From Phallusia mammillata (taxonomy: Eukaryota): a DNA stretch of 64,000 nt. The stretch is from NCBI GenBank assembly GCA_965637545.1, contig OZ281494.1:1054001-1118000 (forward strand), read 5' to 3'. Both the position numbers and the translations under genes were made by a program. Of the stretch, positions 21,601 to 34,922 are shown piece after piece; positions within the stretch are counted from its first letter, which is position 1, and the number at the start of each line of letters is the position of its first letter. The notes under the pieces were generated by a model that was not told the origin of the DNA, ran no database searches, and saw nothing but the letters and a program-made list of their open reading frames with translations.

Positions 21601-24600
21601 TACGTTGTCAGATCAACATTTGTAACTGGTTTACCAAGTTTTGAATCATGTCTGTTCGGTTTTCTCTCATTCTTAACACAGTTCGTGGAACATCAACTGT
21701 TCCTTTGTCGTCAAGTTCATGAAACAAAGTGTCCATCGCCATGTAAGTACCTGTGCGTCCCACTCCAGCACTGAATTTAAATGTGTAATTGATTGTTCGA
21801 AATAACACAGGGTTTGTGAAGTCTTTACCTGCAGTGCACAATAATTGGAGCATTTGTGTTTTGCAAATCATCGACCATGTTACGCAGGTGGATCATGTTG
21901 GATGTAGTTACTGGAATTCCATGATCGGGCCAAGTTGTAAACTGCAACTGTGTTATGGTTCGTTGCTCCTAAGGATAAAAAATATGTGATCATAATTTCC
22001 TTCATGAAATTTTGCATGACAAAACCCTAATGATAGTCAAGGTACTTAGAAAAGTAGGTTTGTTTTTTGTTATTGCTACAAAAACTCAAGAAAATATTGT
22101 GTAATTTTCTACCTGTTATTGTTGTTGTCCAATCTCATGCCAGTTTTATTTTGCATGAAAACTTTATACGATACCGTTTGAGTATGACAAATATCTGTTA
22201 GACATTCACGTTTTTAAATAAGTTTACATACCTTGGTTGAAGACAAAACGATCTGTCGTTGAACGATGCCACCGATGGTTACTTCATGTTGTGTTCGAAC
22301 TTCCAAATTCGACATCTTAATTTCGGATTCATTGTCAGGCCAATACTGTTCACACTTTGACTGCATGTAAAACACGTTGAAAAAGGGATAACTGTTTGTT
22401 TCTGAGTTGGAATACATTCAAACCCGACATTTTAACACGAAATCAATGCCGATAATTACCTTTCCGTTTTCCACCAAGCCAGTTAGCATTACGATGATGT
22501 TGGAGTTTTCCTGCCAAACCATCAACCAGAAATCGTTGATTGTCTCCTTCTTCGGACCCTGAGTGGCGATGAACTTCCTCTCGTTATCGTAACCCGGTAT
22601 ATAAGCGGCGTTGATGTAATCGTTTCCACCGCTTCCTTGCAAAACCACTCGAGCATGATCGTCTATTGAACAAACACAAGTTAAATCGACAAAATAACCT
22701 TTTCCCCCGCAATTTTGATGAATGGAAAAAATCAGCCAATTTCACAAACTCATTTATGTAACTACTTTGCATTTCGTGTTTCGCTACTTACAAGGGAAAA
22801 TATTCTTGTAGCGGTTTCTCACAGCATTTTGCGGCAACTGTGACACGCCATTTGTTCGCTGGTTATTTATGATTTGTGCTTCAATCCCCTGGAAATAAAA
22901 AAAGAATGGAATAAAAGGTATTAGGTTACTTTAGTTTATTTAACTTAACTTTGCATGTATATTTTCGCCATTGTTTTAACTCTAACCTCAAACTCGTTGG
23001 CAAACAGAATTCCTGACTCAACATTTTTCTTGTACACTTCAAACAAGTTGGTGACTTTACAGTTTCTAGATGCACCAGCAGAAGGAGATAGGTTTTCGTA
23101 TGTCACGTTTCTTGTTTAAACCGTAAAGTGTGTATAATGAATAGTAGTGTATATCGCTATGTATATATGCTAATTTAATGTACACAATTCCAATACAAGC
23201 CAGTTAATGATTGAAAACTTTACCTGTGTGAGATGCAGCGGTAAAATTGTTTACTTGTGGATATTGATCTTTTCTCATTCTATAAAAGCAATTAAACATT
23301 ACGTATTGGTTCTTTAATTGTTTTCCCTCCCTATTTGTATTTCAATTGCCTGAATTGTCGTATCAGATTTTTAGTAAATTGCCTAGAAGCGTGAATCACT
23401 GCTATTATTAATGCAATGATTTGTCTTACATTAATATGACTCAACACGAATTCAATTTATAGCTTTTATCTGTGTTGATTGAGAGGGAGGAATAAACTGA
23501 GTGTTTGTCCGATAACTTTTCGCTTAAAATCCCTTTCAAAAAAACTTTCTTTTTAGTGCGAAATCACGATGGCACTTTCAATTTATTCCTCCCTCTCAAT
23601 CAACATGGATAAAAGCTACAAAGTGAATTTGCGTTGACTCATATCAATATGAGACAAACCACAGCATCGATTAATGCTGCAACGTAAACTTTTAACACGC
23701 CAAGAGCATCATACACAAACCTTTGTCTTCGACGTATAAACATAATCACAAGCCCACCAATAACAAGTACCAGAAGCAACAGTCCGATCACCAGACCAAC
23801 AATCATTCCATGAGTCATTGGAGGCTTGGCCGTGTTATCTCGTAAACAACTTGGTGAGGGTTTATCCGGAGTTGCTACTGTTACATTGGATGTGATGTTT
23901 GTGTTTATGGAGCCAGTAACAATCACTGTGATCTATAATATCAAAATAAGAGTGTTTGGGCGCACCAAATTATAAGAACTGTGCTTACCAGGATTTCATA
24001 CGAAGTAGAGTGAATGATATCTAGGATTGCGATGGAATTATCATAATATGGGACTAAGATGGTTTGGTTCAAACTCTGGCCCTGAATCTCAACCTGCATT
24101 TTGATATTGGCAAAGAGAAGTTTAACGTGGTTTTGTTTGACAACAACAAAACAACTTTTATCTTCACCTGTGCAATAAGATTGTTATTGCTGATGAATTG
24201 ATCAAGTCCAGTCCAACTGATAAGCACAGTTGAAGCGTTGCATGGAAATGTCTCAGCAGTCATGTTTACTGCAATGTAAGTAAGAAAACTCTACTGTATT
24301 TGGTTTACAATATGGGCGGGTTGTCAAAAATTTTACTCGTTTCTTGGAAACTATATTCACTATAAAGTGATAAACATTAGGTTTATTTTTACACAACTTA
24401 AGTGCAAGATTGAGCCACATAACGTTTAATTTTACCTTTAGGGTAACAGCTTTGAGGAGGATTACCCGGAGTTGTTACTGTCAGATTGGATGTGATGTTT
24501 GTGTTGATTGAACCGGTGACAATCACTGTGATCTGCGATGTATCAAAAAATATGTTTCGTGTCCTGGTTGTTTTGATGTATTGCTATGAAAAACGAAGTT

Positions 24601-27597
24601 TATTACCTGAATTTCATACAAAGTAGAGTGAATGAGATCTTCTATTGTCGCTTTGTCAGAATACGGAACAGAGATTGTTTGGTGTGAACCATGGACTTGA
24701 ACCACAACCTGCATGTGTTTGGGATTCAAAAACAATTCAACAAAACACAAACTTTGTTTTAAACCTGTGCAATAAGATTGTTGTTGATGATGAACTGATC
24801 AAGTCCAGTCCAACTGACAAGCACAGTTGAAGCGTTGCATGGAAATGTCTCTGCAGTCGTGTTTACTAAAAATAGTCATAGATAAGTTATAAAACATCAA
24901 GATTATCAAAATTATAAACACGATCGCTTACCTGGAGGATAGCAACTCGATGGGGGATTTCCAAAAGTTGTTACTAGTTTGGATGTCGAGACGTTGGCGT
25001 TTATGCATCCCATAAGCATTGCAGTGATCTGTGAATTTTAAATTTGTTTGAATTTTTTATTTGTCAGGGCTTCCAGTACAAACAGTTAAGTTCTGATAAA
25101 GCAAATTGTTATTGCATTCAGTGATTATTTTTGCACTACTTATAGTGATGCTATAAGCATATCTTTAGTTTAGTCACATGTTGAAAATGAGACAATCATT
25201 TGGAGGCCAATATAATCCAACAAAGCTTTAATGCAACTTAATAAGAGTTTTGGTAAGCCGTAGTATTTTATTTGTGATCGGTCCAAACTTGACGCTTTAA
25301 GCACTACTTACAGTGATCTTATATTCTGTTTCAAAACTTAGGTTTTCAATAATTGCGTTTTGATCTGCATACGGTGTTACAGTCCTCTTGTTTATTCCCA
25401 CAACATAAATTTCAACCTGAATACAGCATTTGTGAAAAGACGTAACACCCACATGTCAAACAAACTTTATAACAATACCTTTGCTTCGAGATTGTTCTTC
25501 GTGATGAATGGGTTAATTCCAGTCCAACTGACAAACACAGTTGATGCGTTGCATTTGGATTTCTCCACAACAGCCTTGACTAAAAGTGGGTCAAAAGTTT
25601 AAATGGAAGTGACTGCAGATGAATCACTAAACGTTGTAATATTTTGCAAGAAACCTCACGACAAAGTCATGCACTGTATCATTGAAACACAAATCATCAA
25701 ATTGCAAAAAAAAAATTAGGACCTAATCTGTAATTTGCACACAATTATATTTTTTGGATAGTTAAGTACAAAAACGAATCAAAAATTTAAACAAATACTT
25801 ATGAATTTTTATCTATCGTTTACCTGGTCTAAATAATTTTGTTTTATAATTGCTTACATTTAGATTGGCAAGCGTAGTAAGCCGGCTCCCCACTGCATTT
25901 CATACTTGACTGCTCCCATCCGATCCCATAATGCAATGCTCCCTGCTGGCAAGTTGTAACGTTGGAAACGGGAAAGTTTGCCGGAGATCCGTCGCTCCAA
26001 TACCAACCATTCAAGGACGTGTTATAACGAGATCCAATCAGAATTTTAATGTCTAGACAAAATTTGCGAATGTTATTCAAAAATATAAATTACAAGGTCG
26101 AAACCTTTTGTCTTTGTATTTTTTCAAACCAAACACTTACTTCGTGCCAGAAACGATCCTTCATATTTGGTAAAAGTTTTATACGTCTCATTGACACTTC
26201 GTAACTTGCTTGAAATTGGCTGTGTATATCTTCCATAGGTAAATATTTCTTTTTGGCGCCCCAGGGTGTTAATTTCGGAGAACAAGAAATACCGTAATTG
26301 CCATCCTGAAAACAGGGCAGATTTGGTTGCAGGTCAACATTACGTAAAACGGTTTTTGTTTGACTACAATAATAAAGATGAAGGTAAGCACGTATTGGTT
26401 AAAACGGGATAACAAGATAGTAACATAATAGTATTATTCTTGGAAAACTACACGGTTCAAATAAAACAGTCTAAACAGCATTTTTCCGTTATTGAATACT
26501 TTTGGATTGGTTGCTGTTGGAGACTTTTCAGACCATAGTGTGTTTGTTTTAATGCGTAATGTTTTTTTTGTAAATTTGGGCATCAATATGAACAGTTCAC
26601 ATAAAATTTTGGCATTTTTGTGTAAAATTTTAGTGCCATCATTTTGTTTCGGAACGTTAGTAATTACTAAGTTGAGAGAAACGCCTACCTTGGACCCCAC
26701 AGTTTCTTCCAATGGTCACATTCCACCTCTCCGAGTCACCTCTGATTTCATAATAGCAGAAGTAAATTTCTTGGCTATGAATTCCAGGATTGCTGTTGGA
26801 CAATAGTTTGTAGAACTAATTTGTATCAATTGGTTACTATTGAAAATTATCACCTTTTGTACAAGTCGAAATACCACAGATGTCCGAGAGATTTTGAACT
26901 ATTCCAACCCACTTCAGTCGGATTCTTTGAGTATTTATATCGCTTAAGTTTTTTGGGATTGTAATAAACATAAATTCGCACTAAATCTGAAAAATGTTAC
27001 GATTACTTGCCCTTTCTCTAATGTATTGGCAATAATGATGTACAATGTGTTCATTTAAAGGTATGTTCATGCAGAACTATGTACAGAACACAGTATGTGT
27101 GTTGGACTATATACCATATCTACATATTCATTATTTTGCATTCATGAAACCTGTTGTGTATTTGTCTGTCATGAGTTGAGTGAGAGTTCTGTTGATCTGT
27201 GGGTTATCAGTCATTGCAAGATTTCCACCCAGCAATAAACATTTCTCCTGTGCAGTGTTTGCATCCACAAGATCGTCAGATAATATCAACACACTGTCCT
27301 TCACTGCTTGCAGTGTCTTGTTGCAAACTGAAAAATAAAGATTACGCGTTTTCTAGAGATTGGTGTGTGTTTAAGCTTTTAGTTTAAATTACAAAAATAA
27401 CATGAGCAAAATTTGCAACATGCACAAGAGCAACACCTTGCAATAATCGATCAGTGATTTTGCTCCATTACCTTTTGTTTTATTACTTGTACCTACAATG
27501 CTGTTAGTTATTGTTGGAACTACTTACTTTTGCCTTGTCCTGTTGAATACTGAATCAAAACCAAAACCAAAATATTGCTTAGATAATCTCCCTTCAT
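18670..27597 (-). CDS. Copy C: receptor PTP, SP-CTLDx2-FN3x3-TM-D1-D2 (apparently intact)
   Basis: SP 27528-27597 [27 protein letters not shown] exons ~27150-25850. Three FN3 exon triplets (~25600-24930, ~24870-24440, ~24270-23720 including TM). D1 exons ~22890-21375 with [21 protein letters not shown]2 exons ~20220-18670 ending TYSNYK*. Confidence 0.9.
20372..20415 (-). ncRNA. Minimal type I hammerhead ribozyme motif, sense to copy-C pre-mRNA
   Basis: Reverse complement reads TGCT-CTGATGA-AGCCCTACCGATCTGGTGGGC-GAAA-CGTC-AGCG, identical to the 7216 motif. Confidence 0.75.
20834..20877 (+). ncRNA. Minimal type I hammerhead ribozyme motif
   Basis: TGCT-CTGATGA-AGCCCTACCGATCTGGTGGGC-GAAA-CGTC-AGCG. 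Confidence 0.75.
21021..21152. mobile_element. Second-family mini element: ~22-bp inverted repeats enclosing a different hammerhead
   Basis: AAGCTCTTCTGGCAAATGTATTT (~21022) versus AAATACGTTTGCCAGAAGAGCT (~21130). Confidence 0.55.
21083..21126 (+). ncRNA. Minimal type I hammerhead ribozyme motif, distinct stem II
   Basis: TACC-CTGATGA-A-GACG A CCT GCAT AGG A CGTC-GAAA-CG-TC/GGAA: core intact, stem II differs from the other copies, stem I weak. Confidence 0.6.
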
Positions 27598-28856
27598 TGC
27601 TGCGCCTGTTTCTGTATCTACGAGAATCAATATACAAACGATGCTTACACTGGTAAGAAATCTGTTTTATGATTATGCTTGTCGATAAACTCCATCATAT
27701 TACGAACACTAAACTTACTTCCTGCAAATCTTGGCCTAACTTTACAATAGACTTACAAAACAGCCTCTATACGTTTGCTTGCTCGGGATTTGTGACTAAC
27801 AAACACTTGTTGCTTTCCCTCTGACTAATTGTCTTTAATTCAGTTCTTTGTACATAATAGAAATGATTCACTGCATCGAATGCATCAAGATACCACTGAC
27901 TGTAATTTGAACTCGTTACCAGGGTTAGCTCTGGAGCAGTTCAGCAGAGCAACGATTTCGTCATACGCGTCATATTTCCTTATGTATAAATCACAGTGCG
28001 CAAGCTTGCACAATCTTCAAACTGAATCTTTCGGTTTCTTGTAACATGATTTAGACGAGAAAACTTTGCAGTAGCGGCTGTAATTCGAATATTACCAATC
28101 AGTAGCGACTTATTCACCCTGTACCGGTTAATTATGCAGGATGTCTACTTTGTGAAAGGTTGTACCTGCAACGGAAAATATTTAAGACTAGTGAGATTAA
28201 CACGCAAACAGTAAACTTGTGTTACTCCCATTTCTTTCTTTTCTGTTTTTACCGTTCAAAAAGCTGTATTAAATGTATAGCACCGAAAAAACGCACAGCG
28301 GTTTATTGGTTGTGTCTTCCAAGCCTTCAAGCTTTGCATTATGTAATGAATTTTCACTGATGTATTGAAGTTAAATAATTATTACGTCACACACACTCTA
28401 TGGCGCCCTTAGTGTTGTAATATCTTGAACTTCGATTTTTAAACGTGGCAGTTTCGAGCAGCTTGACATTGGTCTTGTGAAGGTCACACGTAATTTTTCT
28501 GATGCTTTTAATAACCGTAAGCGAAACTTGTCATTCAATTGGCTTCATTCTTAAATATGCAATGTTTCATTCTGTCTTTCAAAGTCATTGTTGTACGTTG
28601 TTGTTTTCGTTACACGTCAAAACAGTTTGTCTTTTTAGTTACAAAGATGAAATAGCATCCTCCGTTACGACAAAGTACGGGTATAGACACCTTTATTTTG
28701 ATGTTGCAAATTACATGTCATTTGCCAAGCTGTACAAATACAACACGAAGTCTAGTCCAATACAGGTGATTGAAAGATAAACATTCAACACAACCTTTAC
28801 TTATATACACAAGTTAATTATAAAACTATTACAAACAGATAGTGAACATAGATGAA

Positions 28857-31800
28857 TTATGTTGGTATTTCGTAAACATGTCCGTCTTCAATGTTTTCAT
28901 ATTCGTGCTCCACGTCATTCAATTCAATTCAATTCAATTCAATTCTTTTATTTGTCACGCATTAGACGAAAGTACACAATAATAATAGGAAAATTTGCAT
29001 TCTTGCCAGAAGAGGGCGCTGAAACAAAATTTAGTAAAATTACTTGATGAGCTTTTTTCTGTTAGTTCTTTCTTACCTTTCTGATTCACTTGTGGCAACT
29101 TTGTGCGTGTGTATCGTTTCTCACGTGATTTATCACTTGTTGGCCTGTGAGAAACATAATAAGCTCAATTTAAATTCAACTAACTTACTCTCCCTAATCT
29201 TAGTATCAACCTAAGAATTGAAATTGCGACATAGTTTAAAAATGCTTTGAAACAAAATGACAGATGATCACCTCTCAAAATTGATATGTGACAAATACTT
29301 CACTGTTATACAAAAATATTTATCTTAAACTTTAAATAAAAACACTGACCTGTGTCTTCGACGTATAAACATAACCACCAGCCCAACAATGACAAGTACC
29401 AGAAGCAACAGCCCGATCACCAGACCAGCAATCATTCCAACACTCGTTGCAGGATTGGCCGTGTTATCTCCAGGAAAACAGCTTGGAGGGGGATTACCCG
29501 GAGTTGCAACTGTCAGATTGGATGTGATGTTTGTGTTGATTGAACCAGTAACAATGACTGTGAACTATGATATCAAAAGACTTGTTTGCTTGTATTTGTG
29601 TGTGAGCGCACCAAATTATAAGGACTGTTCTTACCACGAATTCATACGAAGTAGAGTGAATGACATCTTTTATTACAGTGGAATTATCATAATACGGGAC
29701 CGAGATGGTTTGGTTTGAACCCTGGACATGAATCTCAACCTGCATGTTGATGTTGGCAAGAAAAGTTTAACGTGGGTTTGTTTGACAACAATAAAACAAC
29801 TTTTATTATCTTCACCTGTGCAATAAGATTGTTATTGCTGATGAATTGATCAAGTCCAATCCAACTGACAAGCACAGTTGAAGGGTTGCATAGAAATATC
29901 TTTGCAGTCGCGTTTACTAAGAAAATCATGGATATGTTAAGACACACAACGATTGACAAAATTATAAACACGTTCGCTTGCCTGGAGGATAGCAACTCGA
30001 TGAAGGGTTTCCATAAGTTGTCACTGTCTTGGATGTTGAAACGTTGGCGTTTATGCAACCAATAAGCATCGCAGTGATCTGTGAATATCGAAGTTGTTTA
30101 AAGTTGTTAAATATGAAGGGTTCCAGTACAAACAAATAGATTTAGATGAAGGAAACCGTTTACGGCATGCTTTTTTTTCTGGTTGAATCATTCGGTAAAT
30201 AAAATGTTTGATTGGTGACCTCTCGAATACAATTCTGCCATCAAGCAACATTAATGTCAATAGCAACTGGATGTCTGTCGTTGATTGTATTTGATTCAAT
30301 TTGATTTGTTCAGTGATTTTTTTGCACTACATACCATGATGGTGTACTCTGTTTCAAAGCTTAGGTTTCCGATGGTTTTGCTTTGATCTGCATACGGTGC
30401 GAAAATTCTCTTGTTTATTTCCACAACATAAATTTCAACCTAAATACTACATTTGTATAAGGACGTAACACCCACATGCCAAAAACTTGATAACAATACC
30501 TTTGCTTCGGGATTGTTATTCTTGATGAATTGATTAAGTCCAGTCCAACTGACAAACACTGTTGAAGCGTTGCATTTGGATTTCTTCACAACAGCCTTGA
30601 CTAAGAGAGGATGTATATGACAACAGAGGAATCACACCACGCGTAATAAATTGCAAGCAACGTCACAACATGCACTGTACGTCATACACTGTACCATTGA
30701 AAAACAAATTATCAAATCGCAAAATAAATAAGAATCATATTCTGTAATTTGTACGCAACTATGTTGTTTGAATAATTAAATACAAAAACGAATCAAAAAT
30801 TTAGAGAAATGTTTTATGAAGTTCTGTCTATCGTTTACCTCACCTAAATAATTTTGTTTTAAAATTACTCACGTTTCACTTGGCAAGCGTAGTAAGCCGG
30901 TTCCCCACTGCTGGTTATGCTTGACTGCTCCCATCCGATTCCATAATGCAACGCGCCCTGGTGGCAAGTTGTAACGTTGGAAACGGGAAAGTTTGCTGGA
31001 GATCCGTCGCTCCAATACCAACCATGCAACGACGTATTGTAATGAGCTCCAATCAGAATGATAATGTCTAGAAATAAATTTGCGAAGGTTATTTGAAAAC
31101 AAAAGTAACAAGATTGACACTTTTTGTGTTTTTGTGTTATTAAAACAAACGCTCACCTGGTGCCAGGAACGATTCGTCATAATTGTTGAAGGTTTTATAC
31201 GATTCGTTGACACTTCGCAACTTGCTACAACGTGGGCTTCTGTCGCCATAGTTAAATATTTCTTTTCGTCGTCTTTTGGTGTTACTTTCGGAAAACATAG
31301 AATACCGAAATCTCCATCCTGCAAACAGTACGATTTATGGTTGCAGGTCAACCTTATGTTAAAAGGTCTTAGTTTGACCACAGTAACAAAGATGAAAGGA
31401 AGAACGTATGAGTTTAAACAAGATGAATAGCGAGATAGTAACGACAAAGTGTAAGATAGTTAAACAGAACAAACGATTTTTATTGGAAACCAGGTTCAAT
31501 TTAACAGGCTAAACATCATTGTGCAATTTTTAATTATTTTTGGTTGTTGCTGAGGCAATATATGCCAAAATGTTTTTGTAAACCTTACAAGCAAATTTAG
31601 GCATCAATACGAACATTTAATGCAAAAGTTTGGCATCTGGAGAAAAATTGTAGCAACAACATTTTTGTTGTGAAACGTTAATAGTTACTAAGCTGAGGGA
31701 AACGCAAACCTTGCACCCCACAGTATCTTCCAATGGTCACATTCCACCTCTCTATGGCACCCCTTGACACGAAAGAACAGAAGTAAATTTCCTGACTGTT

Positions 31801-32750
31801 ACTCCCGGGAGTGCTGCTGGATAATATTCTGTTTAACTATTTCTATCAATTGGTTTGTAAGTTATTTAAAATTGTCACCTTTTGTACAAGTCGAAATACC
31901 ACAGATGCCCAAGAGATTTTGTGCTAGTCCAGCCCACTTCAGTCGGATTCTTTGAGTATTTGTATCGTTTAGGATGGGCAAGATTGTAAAAAATATAAAC
32001 TCTCTCTAAATCTAAAAGAAGTTACTATTATCTCGCTTTTCTCTTTTCTTTTAGGAACAATGATGCACAGTACAATTTGTTCATTTAAAGCTAAGTGCAT
32101 GTCTAGCTATAATAGTCTATTTTGGAACTATAAACTACCATATTTACAGTATCGTTATTTCGTATTCACGCAAACCTGTCGTGTATCTGTCTGACATGAG
32201 TTGAGTGAGAGTTGTGTTGATCTGTGGGTCATCACTCATTGCAAGATTTCCACCCAGCAAAGAACATTTCTCCTGTGCAGTGTTTGCATCCACAAGATCG
32301 TCAGATAAGATCAACAAACGGTCTTTCACTGCTTTCAGTGTCATGTTGCAACCTGAAAATCGAATTACGCGTTTTCTAGAGATTGGTGTGTGTTTGTCAT
32401 TGTTTTGCGAATTTGTTGTAGCATAAAACATGTTTAATTTAGTTTGATGGAAAATTCATACCATTGCACCTAGATGTTTGGGAACTAATCGTTTGGTCCG
32501 TACCTTAGCTTTAAATTTCACATCTTGAGCTTTTAGTTTAAATTACACAAAACATAAGCAAATTTTGCAACATTCACAAGAGCATCACTCTTCAATGATC
32601 AATCTGCAATTTTGCTCAATTATCTTTTGTTTTACCAATTTGTACCTACATTGTTGTTGGTTAATGTTGGACCTACTTACTGTTGCCTTGTCCCGTCGAA
32701 TACCGAATTAAAACCAAAACCAAAATATTGCTCAGATAATTTCGCTTCAT
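28857..32750 (-). CDS. Copy D: PTP-less receptor, SP-CTLDx2-FN3x2-TM-short tail; last exon interrupted by an 82-bp insertion
   Basis: SP 32681-32750 [27 protein letters not shown] exons ~32353-30870. Two FN3 triplets. TM exon ~29350-29560. Exon ~29077-29145 RPTSDKSREKRYTRTKLPQVNQK. Terminal exon from 29018. No PTP exon before copy C begins. Confidence 0.8.
28921..29002 (-). mobile_element. 82-bp retroposon-like insertion ending in AATAAA + (GAATT)n, with 5-bp duplication
   Basis: CATTC at 28916-28920 and 28998-29002. (AATTC)x5 at 28921-28945 followed by TTTTATT on the plus strand. Confidence 0.6.
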
Positions 32751-34746
32751 TGCTGCGTCTGTTTCTGTATCTACGAAAAATAATAAACATAGGATGTTTA
32801 AACAGGTAAACGAGTTGTTTTATAATTATTCGTGTTGATACTTCATCTTAATAAAAACACGACTTCGGAAACATCCTGGCATAACGTTACAATAGGCTCA
32901 CGAAACAGCCTTCACTTTTGCTTGCTCGGGATTTGTAATTAAAGAAGACTTGTTGCTTTTCCCTTTTCCCTGACTAATTGTCGTTAATTCAGTTTCATGT
33001 ACATAATAGAAATGATTCACTGCATCGAATGCATCACGATACCACTGACTGTAATTTAAACTCGTTACCAGGGTTAGCCCTGGAGCAGTTCTACAGAGTA
33101 ACAATTTTTTCATACGCGTCATATTTTCTCATGCATGCATCACAATACGCACGCTTGCACAATCTTCAAACTGAATCACGCAGTTTCTTTTAATATGACC
33201 TAGACGAGAAAACTTTTCAGTTGCCTCTGTAATTCGAATATTACCAATCAGTAGCAACTTACTTACCATACACATTGGAATCCCTTTTGCATGGAAATAT
33301 ACAAACCGTAAGTTGTGTCGTTTAATTACCGTATAATTGAGTAAGATGTCTACTTTGTGAAAGGTTGTACCTGTAACAGAAGATATTTAAGACTACTGAG
33401 ATTAACACGCAAAGCAGTAAACTTATCTGACCCGATTTTTTTTTTCTGTGTTTATACGCGTTCAGAATTCACATGCGGTTTGTGCACTTGTTCAAAGCCT
33501 TCAAGCTTTTCATAATGCAACGAATTGTCACTGAAGTATTGAAGTTAAATATGCATTTTTTTTAATATGTCTGTTTGAAATCATTTGAGTACGTTGTTGT
33601 TTCGTTGCATTCGAAAAAAAAAACATTTTACTTCTGCTTGTTGTTACCATTTGCTAAAGGATGCACTTTGTTTCAAAAAGCACACATGTAACATAAACAT
33701 TGAACAGTTATGTAGAGACTTTTTTAGCCTGTTTCATCTGACAGTTTGCCGAAGTCTGGCTATATAATTATCACCAGCTGCGTTGATGAGACCTTATCTG
33801 TCTGCAGCTTTCAACCGCAAACATTTGAATCTGTATAGTAACTATATGTCCCCCTCGCCGTACTGCTTTTGTTCCTGAGCCAGAGTTACTTTGGAAGTGA
33901 ACTGGGCCTTTTCTGTTCATTGACTTTGTAACTACATTCTGTCGTTTGTAATAGTCTAGATATAACTTGATAAGTGTTTACCAGACAGTGTGCTGGGATT
34001 TATTCGCAGTAAGTCTAATTTGATTGATTTTGCTTCTGTTTACTATGCCTCAAAATTTTAAGCTTGCAACAGATTAAAACATCCACGATTACACATTGCT
34101 CACTTGCCTTAACGACCCTACTGATTCACAACACATTGTTGCTTTACTTCAGTAGAGGCATGCGTGTGATTAAAATAAACAACTTTTACTGAAAGAAAAA
34201 CCGCTGCGTGGAAACAAAGCTAAATCTGTCTCAACATCTATTTGCTCTGGTTAAAATCCGGTAACATGTAAGAAGCGTTAAACGTATACAGGCCAGTCTC
34301 CCTGTCACTTCCGGGTGGTAAACGTAGATATTGGATTTGACGTAGTTAACAACCTTAAAAAACTAAACGTATATCTAAATCAGTGGGAAATAAGCAATGT
34401 GAGTAGGATTTTTTGGCCAAGCAACGCAACCGGTCACAAATGACCCTCTTACGCCACCTACTGTCCTTGCAAGTTAGAGAAAAGCATTTCAAAATCTTAA
34501 AACGAGTAATTGAGCAGCAGTGTAATTTACATAGACCCCATGACAAGTGATTACTAAATATATGAATTGTGGACAATTTGCTTGGGTTTCTAAACACTTT
34601 TATCTTAATATTCTATCTTAATACAATAAAATAGACAAAAAAATTTCAACACGAATGTAACATGCTAAGGAGGTCGCCACAAGTAGTTTGTTTCACGAAA
34701 AAAAACTGTTCAACTCATAACTCACTTTGCTCATTTTGTAGAATAA

Positions 34747-34885
34747 NNNNNNNNNNNNNNNNNNNNNNNNNNNNNNNNNNNNNNNNNNNNNNNNNNNNNN
34801 NNNNNNNNNNNNNNNNNNNNNNNNNNNNNNNNNNNNNNNNNNNNNNNNNNNNNNNNNNNNNNNNNNNNNNNNNNNNNNNNNNNNN
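34747..34885. other. Assembly gap (139 N)
   Basis: Run of N just downstream of the copy-E stop codon. Confidence 1.
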
Positions 34886-34922
34886 TAACATATTTCTACA
34901 ATAGTTAACTTCAATTTAAAGT

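Noticed and set aside
27979-27984. Selenocysteine readthrough of the TGA (AGA in copy D) in the upstream-exon ORF
   Set aside because: The paralogous codon is Arg, not Cys; no SECIS is evident, and the ORF itself is probably a uORF.
30869-31447. 192-aa minus-strand ORF and 116-aa plus-strand ORF
   Set aside because: Off-frame or antisense read-through of exons 5-6 of copy D.
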